A stretch of 64,000 bases of DNA from Dipteris shenzhenensis. Lineage: Eukaryota. The notes under the pieces were generated by a model, which was not told the origin of the DNA, ran no database searches, and saw nothing but the letters and a program-made list of their open reading frames with translations. Of this stretch, positions 52,646 to 64,000 are shown piece after piece. The DNA lies in the NCBI GenBank assembly GCA_047967505.1, contig CM106538.1; one strand, written 5' to 3'. The number at the start of each line of letters is the position of its first letter. Position 1 is the stretch's first letter. A program made the position numbers and the translations under genes.

Positions 52646-53474
52646 ATGGCAAGAACCAAAGCAAGAGCTAGAAGGAAAGGGAAAGGACCTGACATTGCAG
52701 GGGCTGCCACAGCTCCATCCATATCAAAATCCTCAAAGAAGGGGAAGCCTATGCACATGCTAGCAAGGAATAGGAAGAAGAGAGTGAGCCAAATCAAAGT
52801 AAGTATATCTTTCTATGTTAATTGTTTTTATGTCTTTGTAGCATTCTCTTTTTCATAAGCTAAATGAAGTTATTTTTTGTAGTTTTTTGAAGACTCAGAT
52901 CCACTGGAGCCTTCAGCACTCTGTGTGTATAGTTGATCCAAGTATATCTTTCAAGTTGAAGGATAACACAACATCAACCAAAAACATTTCCAAGGGGTTT
53001 GGTTTTTGTAATTTTAATTTGGTTGATATGATTCTCCTCCCATATTGCTCAGAGTATGTTCCCTGACCTTTTCCACTACTACCCTCTATTGACAAAATCT
53101 TGATATGTCCATATTGCACTGGACCTCTGTGACCCAAAGTTAAAGATGTTAGATTTAACTCAACCAATGCCATTGCAGGTATAGTAATCATTATCACTTA
53201 TATTTCTCTCCCTCTTATTTTTGCACTCTTCATAGTCCAATATACATCTTAGCTTTCTATTTTGATAAAACAGACACCACAGGAGGATCCTTTCTCTTGT
53301 GGATGGAGGACTCTAATAAGGGAAAAATATATGATGGACACATACTTTTCAGAGAAAGAGCCTGAATTTGTGAGTACTTTTATTGCATACTACTTAAGAA
53401 GTTCTAAATTCAATGCATTGATACCAAAAAGATTGAAAACATTCTTTGTTTTTATTGGAGATGAAAGAGGATAG
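52646..53474 (+). pseudogene. Spliced ORF beginning MARTKARARRKGKG, with a later CxxC; function unknown
   Basis: ATG 52646; donor GTAAGT 52799, acceptor TTTTTTGTAG 52882; ICPYC near 53105-53120; donor 53179, acceptor 53235; frameshift and stops in exon 2. Confidence 0.45.
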
Positions 53475-54229
53475 TTTTGGCTCTAAATATGTACATAGCT
53501 TCAAAGCAAAGACAATATCTATGTAACATCTAATTCGAGAACTGTAACCTCAAAATGAGAACTCTAGGGGAATCTTTGAAAGATATCCTTATTTTGATGT
53601 GAAATTTACATACTTTTTAAAAAGATGGTCATTTTGCACAATGTCTTTTGACAAAAGATGTAAAAACCATTTTTTTTTAAAAAAATCGACAATGGTATTT
53701 CAAAAAACAAGCATGAAAACCTTTACTTAGAATACCAAAAACACATAAAATACAATAATGTCTCAAAACCATTTCAATGCAAATAAAAGGGCCATGGCAT
53801 AACATATTTCAAAAGTCTAACATGCTAGAAATTACATTGCTTCACAAATATACATGCCATTGGTCCTACAAAGAATAGTACTCATCCTTGGATCCTATAC
53901 CTTCAGAGCTAAAGCTTTGTGGGGTAGTAGTAAGAGCCTTCCTCCACTACACACTCTCTGAGTCAACCTAGCCAAGTTGTGATGCCACCCTCTTTCTTGC
54001 ATGGCATGTCTTAGCTTCAAGTTGTGCACTACATCCAATCAATGTCTTCAGAATCTTTCGGGATAATATTATGTATTGTGACCCTTTGGCAATTGCCCTG
54101 CTTGTCTTAATTTAAATTAATATCAAAATATCTAACCCAATTGCTCAGTCAATGATATCATCTACCAAGCTCTACCTTGCTTTCTTTATGTGACCAAGCT
54201 ATATGCTTGGTTAATGATATCATTGTTCG

Positions 54230-54716
54230 AGTGAGCCAAAACTTTTGAAAGCTCTATATTATTTGAGAAAAATTGAAACTTTTTGTAGATGCATATTTTG
54301 GCACTTTTGACATCACAAATGAAATCCAAAGACTCAAAAACCCTAAAAATGACTGTAAATATGAGCACATTCCGATGATTTTTAAAAAAACCCAGATGAA
54401 AAAGCATTCACTTACATGCCAGGTCGATGATATCAACGACCTGAAGCATGTTTGGTCGATGATATCATCGACCAAGAACGTTCTTGGTCGATGATATCAT
54501 CAACCAAATGTGTGTTAGGTCACTGATATCATCGACCGAGAGTCGGGTGCACGCTTTCCCATCTAGGGTTTTTTTTTTATCATCAAAAAGTACCCGTTTG
54601 CAACCATTTTTAGGGTTTTGGGGTCTTTTGAGCTCATTTATGATGTCAAAAGTGCTAGCATATGCATCTATAAAATTTTGAAATTCTTCTCAAAAATTTA
54701 GAGCTTTTGGCTCACT
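54230..54716. repeat. Imperfect ~490 bp foldback centred at 54479/54480 with four 20-bp palindromes
   Basis: Outer AGTGAGCCAAAA...TTTTGGCTCACT; centre CCAAGAAC|GTTCTTGG; GGTCGATGATATCATCGACC variants at 54422, 54454, 54486, 54518. Confidence 0.92.
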
Positions 54717-55199
54717 GGAATAAAAGTTTTTCATTCTTTCTTTATGTGAATTAAAAAGAGAGTGAAAAGTCTTGTTTGAACAATACTGAGTAGAATATGC
54801 TATTAGGTGCAACAAACTTAGATAATAAAAGTTACTTTTCGAGAGAAGTACAAAGGTCTGGGGGAGAAAAAAACTTTAAGACTTTGAGAATAGAGAAAAT
54901 TAAAAAATATTTTGCGATATAGTGGAGGTCCTTTTTAATTTGTAGGCATGATGTTTGAAAAATGCATGAATTCAATAAGTTTTTAGTCTTTGACTATGCA
55001 AAATATAGCTTTTTTGAAAAAGTTATATTTTAATGGATCTTTGAGGGAATCAACGGGTACCAATGTTACATACCTAAACTATTCAATTTTAAAGCTGCTA
55101 GAGGTCTCTTCCCCTTATCCAGCACTAGACCGAACAATCCATATAGGAGAGGGCTCAAAAGGCCTTGAGGATCTCTGGGTTGAACAAGAGGCTCAAAAT

Positions 55200-56380
55200 G
55201 TCCCTGTCACAATCTAGAAGATATTCTAAAAGGTGTCGCAATATTTGGTTTCAGGGAATGCTATACTTTCGAAAATAGTTTGGCTCTATATGATTCTATG
55301 ATGCTACCATCAGGGGCTGGCCAATCAACTGTATTCCACGCCGGGAGATCTTGCTTTTGTAATAAACCATGTAAGTGAGCATTGTCCCATCAATTAATAA
55401 AAGTGATCATGAAAAAATATACCCGATTCAACCAGAGTTGTTGATTTTCTATCTTTGACTGTAGCTCCCCAATAGCACCATGTAAAGCATCAAAGAATCC
55501 CAATATGCACTCCATTGGTTACCCTCTTCGCATGATGAGGGATATATATCTAAACCAAAACAGAGACTGTCTGTCATGGAAAGAAACAGTTATTCCATTT
55601 CAAGTATTTCATTACACAAATACACTTACAATTGGATCTATGGTGTGGAAAAGCAGGATAATCTCATAAAGTTCTCGATGCATGTAGACATGTTGTATCC
55701 GAACCTCTCTGATGCATCTTGTGCCTTCCTTTTTAACACTAAAATCTTTCACTGTGCCCTTCCAAGAAGCCAAAAAAGTGTTAGTTGATTGTTGCTTTCT
55801 CCGCTTGTTAGGTTGCATTAGAACCCAATCTCCTTTTGCCATTGCTATCCTTTTCTAACTACCATACACATTCATAGTATTGGAACCTTCTACACATGAG
55901 ATTAGTGAGGTAGGTATTCATGGCAAAGAGATACTTTGTACATCCACATCTCCACCAAGTAGAGCAACATACCATTTCCTAGTGGCACAACCAAAGTTTT
56001 TGGTTGCCATCTGAAATCCTCACTCTAATACCTACTGCGAAGTCAAAGAAACACACACCAAAATGGTAAGACATTAACAAAAATGAACAAAACTGAGAAC
56101 AAGCAAATAAAAGGTGAAAGGAGCTTATTGTCTTGAAAGTTTAAGAGCATCACAACAACAGTGATGCAACGAGGAATGCTTGTCAAAGAGAGAATGGAAC
56201 GGCTCATTGTGGTGAAAGTAGAGGAATGCTTGTTGAAGAGAGAATGGTGCCGCAGAACAAGAGAAAGTGGATGGTTGTTTTGGGTCACCATGTGGGAAGG
56301 TTTCAAAATGGAGCTCTGTTTCGATTTTGGGTCCACATCTCTTGATACGACAGACGAATCGTAAAAGAATAAAAAACAAA
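55200..56380 (-). pseudogene. Decayed spliced gene with a BAH-like domain
   Basis: AKGDWVLMQPN...WKGTVKDF...IREVRIQHVYMHREL, intron ~55630-55551, then YIYPSSCEE..PMECILGFFDALH; order resembles the BAH pattern GD.V / RI / W.Y..EL / E.F.S / I.G.C.V. Confidence 0.45.
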
Positions 56381-56499
56381 TCTTCTCATTAATGCCACAC
56401 GCTTGTAACAACATAAAGTACTATTTTTTGTTTTCATATTTTTGTCTTTTTTTAAGACTTTCTACATTACGTTGGCCTTCTCCTCATTGGTTGAGAGAC

Positions 56500-57192
56500 A
56501 TTTTTCTGAAACCCTAAAAGGCCCCAAAATGAGCTCCCTTTTTTCCTAATGATCCAATTGGGGCATAAACTGAAACTATAGTAAAAGAAATGTTTTTCAA
56601 CTCACATTTGAGAGCAACCCATCTATGATTTAAATCCTGATGGCAGTTAAGAACACAGTCTTTGTAATGAGATAGTATTCCAATTGCAATTCCTCCTCTG
56701 CCTTCCTCATGATCAATGTAAATCCATATCCTTCTATTGTCTATACTCTTGTCTATTTTCCAAAGTATCATTAGTGACTTTAACTTCTTGCAAGACAAGA
56801 AAGGTTGGAGAAAGAGAATTTTCTCTCAGCCAATTGGCTAGCTCCTGACCTTTCCATGGGTCAGTCAATCCACAAACATTAAGTGTGAGGAATGAGTAAG
56901 GGCTACTTACCATTCTTACTTTTCCCATTTTTTTCCTTGGGGGAAGGGATTTTGGGAGGGGCACTTTGGCCTTTGACCCGAGAGATTCTTCTCTTATTTT
57001 TAACAATGGCTTGAGGTTTAATAGGGGCTTCATTAGTCTTTTCCTCTTTTTGAGCCAAAGGGAGTTCTTCCTCTGAATCCCCTACCTCAGAGTCACTCAT
57101 GCTAGCATCTTGTTGGTTGACATCATCTTCAAACTTCTCAGGTTTGACCTCATCCTCTTCCATCTTAGCATCCAAAATCAATTGCCCAGTTT
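56500..57192 (-). mobile_element. L1-type LINE: ORF1 end and ORF2 APE endonuclease N-terminus
   Basis: FLTLNVCGL...LVLQEVK, GRGGIAI, RWVAL...IVSVYAP. Confidence 0.85.
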
Positions 57193-60100
57193 CACTACAA
57201 ATTATAGGCCTTTTCTGACAAAAATACCGACGTTTTTTACACTTTTTTTTTAAAAAAAACGGGCGCAAAGGTCGTTATTAATGTTGTTATAAGTGCCGGA
57301 AAAGAACGGTTGCTATATAAGTGTCGCTATATAGCGACGCTAAAAAACATCACTATATAGCGACACTGGTAAACGTCTCTATATAGCGACACTGGTAAAT
57401 GTCACTATATAGCGACGATTAACAGAACTTTAAAAAAAACATTAGTGGGGCTAAATAGGGCCATAGCAAGCCCTGTTTTTCCCCACTAATGTTTTTTTTT
57501 TGGTAATTACAAAAAAAAAGTTTTTTATTACAAAATTTTTCTTACGAAAATAGTGATACAAAATTGCTCAAATGAAATGATCAAGCAACAAAAGCATATA
57601 TATGTCAAAGATATACAACATTGTTTGTTACAAAATTACCCTTTAGAAAAGGGTGATACAAAATTGCTCAAACGAGCCGATATATAAAATGATATACATG
57701 GTGAAGTATATGCAAACTACTACTACTACTACTCATTTGAATCGTCGTCCTCCTCCTCATCCTCGTCTTGCTGGCTTGATCCTTAGTCCTCGTGAGCTAT
57801 GCCTGCTCCCTAACCCTCGTGAGCTATGCCTAATGAGCTATGCCTAATCCCTAGCCCTCGTATCGCTCGACTCCGGTGATGGGACGCTCGAGCTTTGACT
57901 CTAAGAGTGAAACCATATTAATTGAAAATTAGATTCGAACTTAAAGAATAAAACAATTTAGAAAGTGAGATTACAAGTAGGAGTAGACTTATACCATGTG
58001 AGCAGCCACCTCAGCAAAATCGACCATCGCTCCGATTGCCTCCTGCTCAATAAACCATGGCTTTCTTCCAATGTGAAACGCATGTCGCGTCTTTGCATCT
58101 GTAGGAAGATAACCCATCGTAGCTTGCTGTGGAGCTAATTTATGAGAGTTAGATAAAGTTATGTAGTAAAACAAATAGAACAATACATTAAATGAGAAGA
58201 AGTAGACTTACCACAATTGCCTCGAACACCAACCATCCGCTTGCACCAAAGTGCGAAGTACTTATGGCATCCAGCCGTCTCCTCGCAACCCTCCTCTAAC
58301 CCTCGAACATTTCGAGATGGTCCCTATTCTGCTTCTTGAAGAACTTCCAATCAGTTTTGTCTACCCAACTGGGTTTAGCCATCCCCTTTGCGATGGAAGT
58401 ATGCAAGGTTGATCTACGATGCTTCAAGACCAAACCCATGTGCTCTCACATGTAATTATCATTGAACTCCCAATTTGGCGGGTTAGGGTATTTTTCTTTT
58501 AATTCATCGATGACCGCCTGCTTCTTTTGGTCATCTTGATATCGCCAATTAGTAGCAATGCCGCTCTTGAAGTGGTGGCTCATTAACCACCTCATGGTGG
58601 CCATCACTGCTTTGCCCTTTCTATCTTCTATTATCTCTCCAATAGCCATGATTTGATACGAGAGGTCCTCTACTGGGTAAGGAGGACTCATGGTAGTGGT
58701 AGAGTCAGAGCAAGTGGAAGCTGTGCAAGTGCTTCCAGAGCGAGGAGTAGCAGTGGGAGTAGGAGAGGGCAAGGGACCTGACTGGTACTATGTCTCGAGA
58801 CCAAGTGGAGACGTGTAGGGATGTGAGTCTGCTAACTCGTCTACATCTCTCGAGTCAGCACAACATAAGCGGCCCCTCCTACTCTTCCTTCCCTTATAAT
58901 AGGCACACCCAGGTGATGACCCTTCGGTCGAAGGGGCATGAGGGGACGGCTGGGCAATAGGTCTAGCCATCGGTGTAGGAGAGGGAATTGATGAGGTCCT
59001 CTGAGATAGCAGAGAGAAGAATCTCGCTGCCTCCTCATCGATCATCTATGCTACAAATTCGTCGGGACTCCCAACAAAGCCATGGGCTGCTAGCAAAGGA
59101 GTTCCCTGAGGGGTAGTTGCAGTGCTACGTCCAAGAGAAGTCGGGCCAGGGGTAGTCGTAGTGCTACATCCGAGAGGAGTCGGGCGAGGGGTAGTTGCAG
59201 GGGTAGGCCCCTGAGGTGTCGCCTGAGAGGAATCAAAGTCCTTTGGAGAATAGAGATCATGATGTCTCCTCTTATGAGGCTGTCCATACTCGTCGGACGT
59301 GCGACGTGATCCCATGTCTAATGTAGACACAAACACGAAAACAAAAAACAAAAAACAAACATAAGCATAGGCATAGGCATATGCTTATGAAAAGAAGACA
59401 AAAAGAGAGGAAAAGAGAAGAGAAAGAAGAGATAAGGAGGAAAAAAGAAGAGAAAGAAGAGAGAAGGAGAAGGAGAAGGAGAAGAGAAAGAAGAGAGAAG
59501 GAGGAGGAGAAGAGAAAGAAGAGAGGAAAAAAGAAGAGAAAGAAGAGAGAAGGAGAACGTGAAGGACATGCATAGGCATATGCTTATGAAAAGAAGAGAA
59601 AAAGAAGAGAAAGAAAGGAGAAGAAGGATATGCATAGGCACAGGCATAGGCATAGGCATATGCTTATGAAAAGAAGAGAAAGAGTGAGGAAAAAAGAAAA
59701 GAAGGGAAGGAGAAGGAGAAGGAGAAGGAGAGGAAAAGAGGAGAAGGAGACATATGCTCATGCATAAGCATAAGCATAAGAGAAAGAAGAGGGGAAAAGA
59801 GCATAAACATAAGAGAAAGAAGAGAGAAAGGATATGCTTATTCTTATGCATGAGCATATAAGCATAAAAGAAAAAGAGAGAAAGATTAAGCATAAGCAAA
59901 TACATATGCTTATGAAAAGAGATCGAAAGAGAGGGAAGAGGGGGAGAAAGAGAGAGGAAAAGAGGAAAATGAGACATGCTCATGCATAAGCATAAGCATA
60001 ACAGAAAGAAGAGGGAAAAAGAGCATGAGCATAAGAAAAAGAAGAGAGAAAGGATATGCTTATTCTTATGCATGAGCATATGAGCATAAAAGAAAAAGAG

Positions 60101-60290
60101 AGAAAGATTAAGCATAGGCAAATACATATGCTTATGAAAAGAGATCAAAAGAGGGGGAAGAGGGGGAGAAACAGAGAAGAAAAGAGGAAAATGAGACATG
60201 CTCATGCATAAGCATAATCATAAGAGAAGGAAGAGGGAAAAAGTGCATACACATGAGAGAAAAGGAAGGAAAGGATATGCTTATTCTTAT
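57193..60290. mobile_element. CACTA (EnSpm) element left end and internal region, other end lost
   Basis: CACTACAAAT at 57193 exactly where the LINE stops; palindromic subterminal repeats GTCGCTATATAGCGAC at 57323, 57349, 57375, 57401; hairpin 57432-57500. Confidence 0.85.
57740..59350 (-). pseudogene. CACTA accessory (TnpA/Ptta-like) gene remnant with introns
   Basis: Pro/Thr-rich N-terminal part, then NWRYQDDQKKQAVIDELKEKY...KPSWVDKTDWKFF...SHFGASG; GTAAGT and GTATAAGT donors on minus near 58212 and 57993. Confidence 0.6.
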
Positions 60291-60297
60291 GCATGAG
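59355..60297. repeat. GA-rich/AAGCAT minisatellite including ~2.5 copies of a ~221 bp unit
   Basis: AAGGATATGCTTATTCTTATGCATGAG at ~59828, ~60049 and ~60271. Confidence 0.9.
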
Positions 60298-63200
60298 TGT
60301 GCCGTGCGTCCATTGGCTAGTAGCAATGCAGCAATCCCAGAAGATGCACATGCCAAAGCGATGAGCCCCTCCCCACGCAATCGAGAGAGCAAGCAATTGT
60401 AGAGAAAGGTCTTTCCAGACCCTCCTATACCATCGAGAAAAAAGACCTCACCACCATCTCCATAAACCCTTGCCAAAATTCGATCGAATGCAGCATGTTG
60501 ACAGTGATTCAAGGACATTTCCATTTGCTGGGCAGTCTGTGCTTCTTTCACACAATCAAACATTCTTTCTTCTTGCAATAAGCCATTTCCAGCTTCTGAC
60601 AAAGATGTTCTATCTACAACAGGCATTCCGTCAAACTCAGCCAACCTTCGCCCATGTTGTTGAAGAATGTGCTCTAAGTGCAATATAGCCTGCTTTATTG
60701 CTAGTTCACGACGTCCAATTAAATTCCCCATCCTTGATTCCAATATATTAGAAAAATCATCCGAAAGCTCAAGGGAAAATTTTTCCCACAAAAGTTGAGG
60801 AGACGTTGTCTCACAAAAAACCAATATTGTGACAAATAGGTGTCTCAATTGTGCACTATTTTGATAAAACACAGCCTCTTGCATACACACAAACCATTCA
60901 TCATCACTCTCCAACAATCCCCGTGCTATGCATGCTGCCTTGAAAGTAGGGTACACTTGGCTGTCAAAAGTACGTAGGTCATCAAAGGACTTGCATCCCG
61001 TGCACACATTAAGAAGCATACGCATGAAGTAGAGCTCACCAGCTGAGGGGGAAATATTGTACATCTGACCTATGGTATTCCCCTTTTGTCTTCTAGTCCA
61101 CCGCTTACTGGTTTTGTTCCAAACCAACTTGTCTGGCAAGTCACCATACAGCAAGTTGCTTGCGTCATATTGCAACTGATTATAAGTGAACCATTCTGTG
61201 AGGGTGGCCTTTTGATTTTGTTCCCTGCCTACAACATTTTGCAAATCATCATCATCTCGAAAGATGACGTTATTGCGCATCGGAAGATGAACTTGCAATC
61301 TTTGCACATCGGGTTTTTCATCGTGCGTGGCATACTCATAAATCCGCCAACATGCTTCTGATGCTGACACGTAACATGCATCTAAGTAACTACTAATCTC
61401 ATCAATGCCACCGTCAACTATGTTGTGCAAATGCCCTTGCTCTCCTGCATTATTTAGCTGCATCTTGATAATGGCTCTGTCATGACCTTTGTACACATAT
61501 TTATACAAATACTTAACTGTAGTGATTGTGGAGCATATTTCAACATTGATGTGTGCCTTGTACTTCATGGAGAGGAAAGGATTAAATGGCACAATCCAAT
61601 GATTATCAATCACACCCCCTTTCACTTGTATCTTTCTACCATCATCACGACGCATGTAAATTGGATAGCCATCGTTGCCAACAATAGTCGTCTGTGAGAA
61701 TCCACGTGGATAATGACGAATGCATTTTCCATCAACCATGCAAGCTGCAGATCGATTTAGTGCACGACACGGACCATGGACATTACATTGCCCAATAATA
61801 TCATGCAACTCCGGGAACATAGCCTTATCTGGCAACTCCGCACACACTAATTGGTCATAGTGACCGATCTCCACGGGTTTGAAACCACTTTCTAATATCA
61901 ACAATATGTGTGAGTGTGGCAGGCCTCTCTTTTGAAACTCTATGACACTCACATATCCAGCCACCTTCCCAAACAAATTATGTTTTGTAATTGACTGCAT
62001 CATGTCCTTATGCTTTTGGAAAAACACATGGGCTATCAAATCTGGACGGTCTTGTGCAGTTTGCCCCGGCAACAATGCTATAGATATTTCAGGCCATTTG
62101 GGATTATAGGTGAATGTTATGAATAAATCCGGTTTGCCCCTTTTTTTGATAATTGCCATAGCATCTTGGTATAGTTGGCACATATACCGAGGCCCTCCCG
62201 TAAAAGAAGAAGGCAACACCACCCTACGCCCTGCAGCATTGCCAAGCACAGTACGTGTCCCATCAGCTGTATTCACCATGTCCATCAACCCTTGATAGAC
62301 TTCAGTGCATAGGGAAGCTTGGTTGTTTCGTATCCACACCAACCTAGACTCTTCCATGCTACTGTAGGCATCAACCATGTATTGCTGCAGCAATCTACCC
62401 CCACGCAAAAGACATGCATTTGTATCATATCTCACTTGCAAAAGATATGCGTAGTATTGTCTCTGGGTGACACAACTCTGTCCACGTATCTCGTGCGATG
62501 GTGTGTGATTAGGAACATCACTATATGGAATATATGGATGCCAACCATCTTCTCCCTGAGGGAACAAAAGAACATACATGAGAGGCATGTATGATCGGTG
62601 CAAATTAGATATTCTACGCACAAACCCATTGCGGCTAAAAATCTGAATGTCCCGATTTCCAATATCGAAGTCATCCCCTTGTCCCGGCATGATTGCAGCA
62701 ACCTCGCTAGCCATAGGAGCCAAGTACTGCCTTGAGGTGGAGCGGCTCTCACAAATAACCATCCTCAGGTTTGTATGTGGATTTGTTCTTAGCACTTGCC
62801 CAATAGCCATCAATGCATTGGCATATGGATTGCACTCGTGCATCATCCTCTGCAACAACTCCAAAATGCTTGGATCCAAACCAGGCATCCCATCTAAACA
62901 GTGTTCTAGTTCATGATCAGTATCATACACGTACAATTGTGCAAAACGTGGCATCTCTTGCCTAGCCTCATCCGACAACAAATTTCCAACCTGATGATAC
63001 ACACCACCATGGACTCAAAAGTTTTGTATACCCCCATTCCCACAGAACATTTGATCAACATGGGCTCCCAATGAAACAAATGCCATGGCACTATTATAAG
63101 CCCTAATGTTTTTCTTAAATAGTCTGCTTCTAGCATCATGTCCGTGCAGTAGAACTCTCAAAATCTCTGGTGGTTCTTCTAACGGCAACAATGACACACG

Positions 63201-64000
63201 ACCAACTTTGCAACAGTGCTTGCCCACAACTTGATGCATATGCATTCGCGTCTCTTGTTTCCACAGTTGAGCCTGGCAAAAGCTACATGTATGATCCATG
63301 GATCCGAGTGCATGAATAGAAGGAGCATTGAAGACCAGTGGATACAAAGATGGATGCTCTACATTTTCCCTTAACGGAAAAGTATGCAAGATAGAGAGGC
63401 TCCCCCCTGCACCCAAAATCACAGCCTTGTTGTGAACAACACGCCTTCGGGCTCTTAAATGAGTAGCATCCCTGGTTGCATCCATTTGAGTAGTTGTACA
63501 TACTACTGGAGCATGTTCATGCTCATTATGTACTATTGGTGCAGTATGGAGGTCCATTCTATTTTTAGTAGTGCATGCTACATTACTGTGCCCATGCATT
63601 TGATTCTGTTCTCTGCGTAGGCCAACTTCTACATCCATAGATTCCATTGCCCCCCTCACACTTCTAGCAACGTGTGTTCTCGACCTTGTTCTTTGTATAG
63701 CATAAATGCGACGGGCTGCCCGCGTTGAATCCATTTGAGTACTTGTACCTATTACTGGAGCATGTTCATGCTCATTATCTACAGTTGGTAAAGTATTGAC
63801 GTCCATTGTATTTTCAGCAATGCACGCTACATTACTGTGCCCATACATTTGGTCCTGTTGTTTGCGAAGGCCGTCTTCTACATCCATAGATTCCACAGCC
63901 ACCCTCACGCTTCTAACTCCTTGTGTTTTCGACCTTGTTCTTTGTATAGCATAACTACGATGGGCCGCCCGTGTTGAATCCATTTGAGTAGGTGTACCTA
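60293..64000 (-). mobile_element. Helitron Rep-helicase, one in-frame stop at 63015-63017, truncated after helicase motif Ia
   Basis: CSFC...CCKVG zinc module, DLFITFTYNPKWPEI, IEFQKRGLPHSHIL (HUH), KYLYKYVYKG (Y2), FFLDGIGGSGKT, SSGIAA...GRTAHS; ORFs 63015-63983 and 60132-63002 are in the same frame. Confidence 0.97.

Noticed and set aside
52646-52858. Histone H3 or CENH3 gene
   Set aside because: No histone-fold sequence follows the MARTK start.
54422-54537. CRISPR-like array of palindromic repeats
   Set aside because: Spacers are only 12 bp and mirror each other within a larger foldback; no cas genes; eukaryotic context.
43230-56520. RSS-like or CAC-starting terminal inverted repeats for the RAG1-like element
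   Set aside because: No matching inverted ends, heptamer/nonamer pair or 5-bp TSD found by eye at either LINE junction.
57323-57416. Second regularly spaced palindrome array as a novel element
   Set aside because: Lies ~130 bp inside a CACTA terminus and fits ordinary CACTA subterminal repeats.
59318-60290. 295-aa hydrophobic membrane-like ORF and hydrophobic tail of the Helitron ORF
   Set aside because: Read-through of the GA-rich minisatellite.

Overview
Repeat-dense eukaryotic DNA from a land plant (GT-AG introns, plant-type UGT, Copia with a tRNA-iMet PBS, heavy C>T/G>A decay; a fern or other non-seed plant is my guess, not shown). Only one gene looks intact: a 2-exon family-1 UDP-glycosyltransferase (24290-25797). 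The rest is nested, mostly decayed mobile DNA: three L1-type LINEs, a full-length Copia, a broken Copia, a PIF/Harbinger, a CACTA left end, a nearly intact Helitron Rep-helicase and Gypsy/LTR remnants. Two regions stand out. (1) A ~13 kb block (~43250-56500) between two LINE pieces contains a spliced, pseudogenised RAG1/Transib-like DDE transposase (all three catalytic acids plus the CxxC/HxxxxH zinc module are readable). Beside it lie a ParB-like ORF with a possible methyltransferase-like C-terminus, an ORF starting MARTK like a histone H3 tail, a BAH-like ORF and a ~490 bp foldback with 20-bp palindromes phased at 32 bp. This is a candidate large cargo-carrying RAG1-like transposon in a plant; its termini were not found. 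(2) A rearranged Crinkler/RHS-like NTPase + restriction-endonuclease-fold pseudogene (480-3279) ends in a ~200 bp hairpin. Family calls come from manual translation and remembered motifs; no searches were run.
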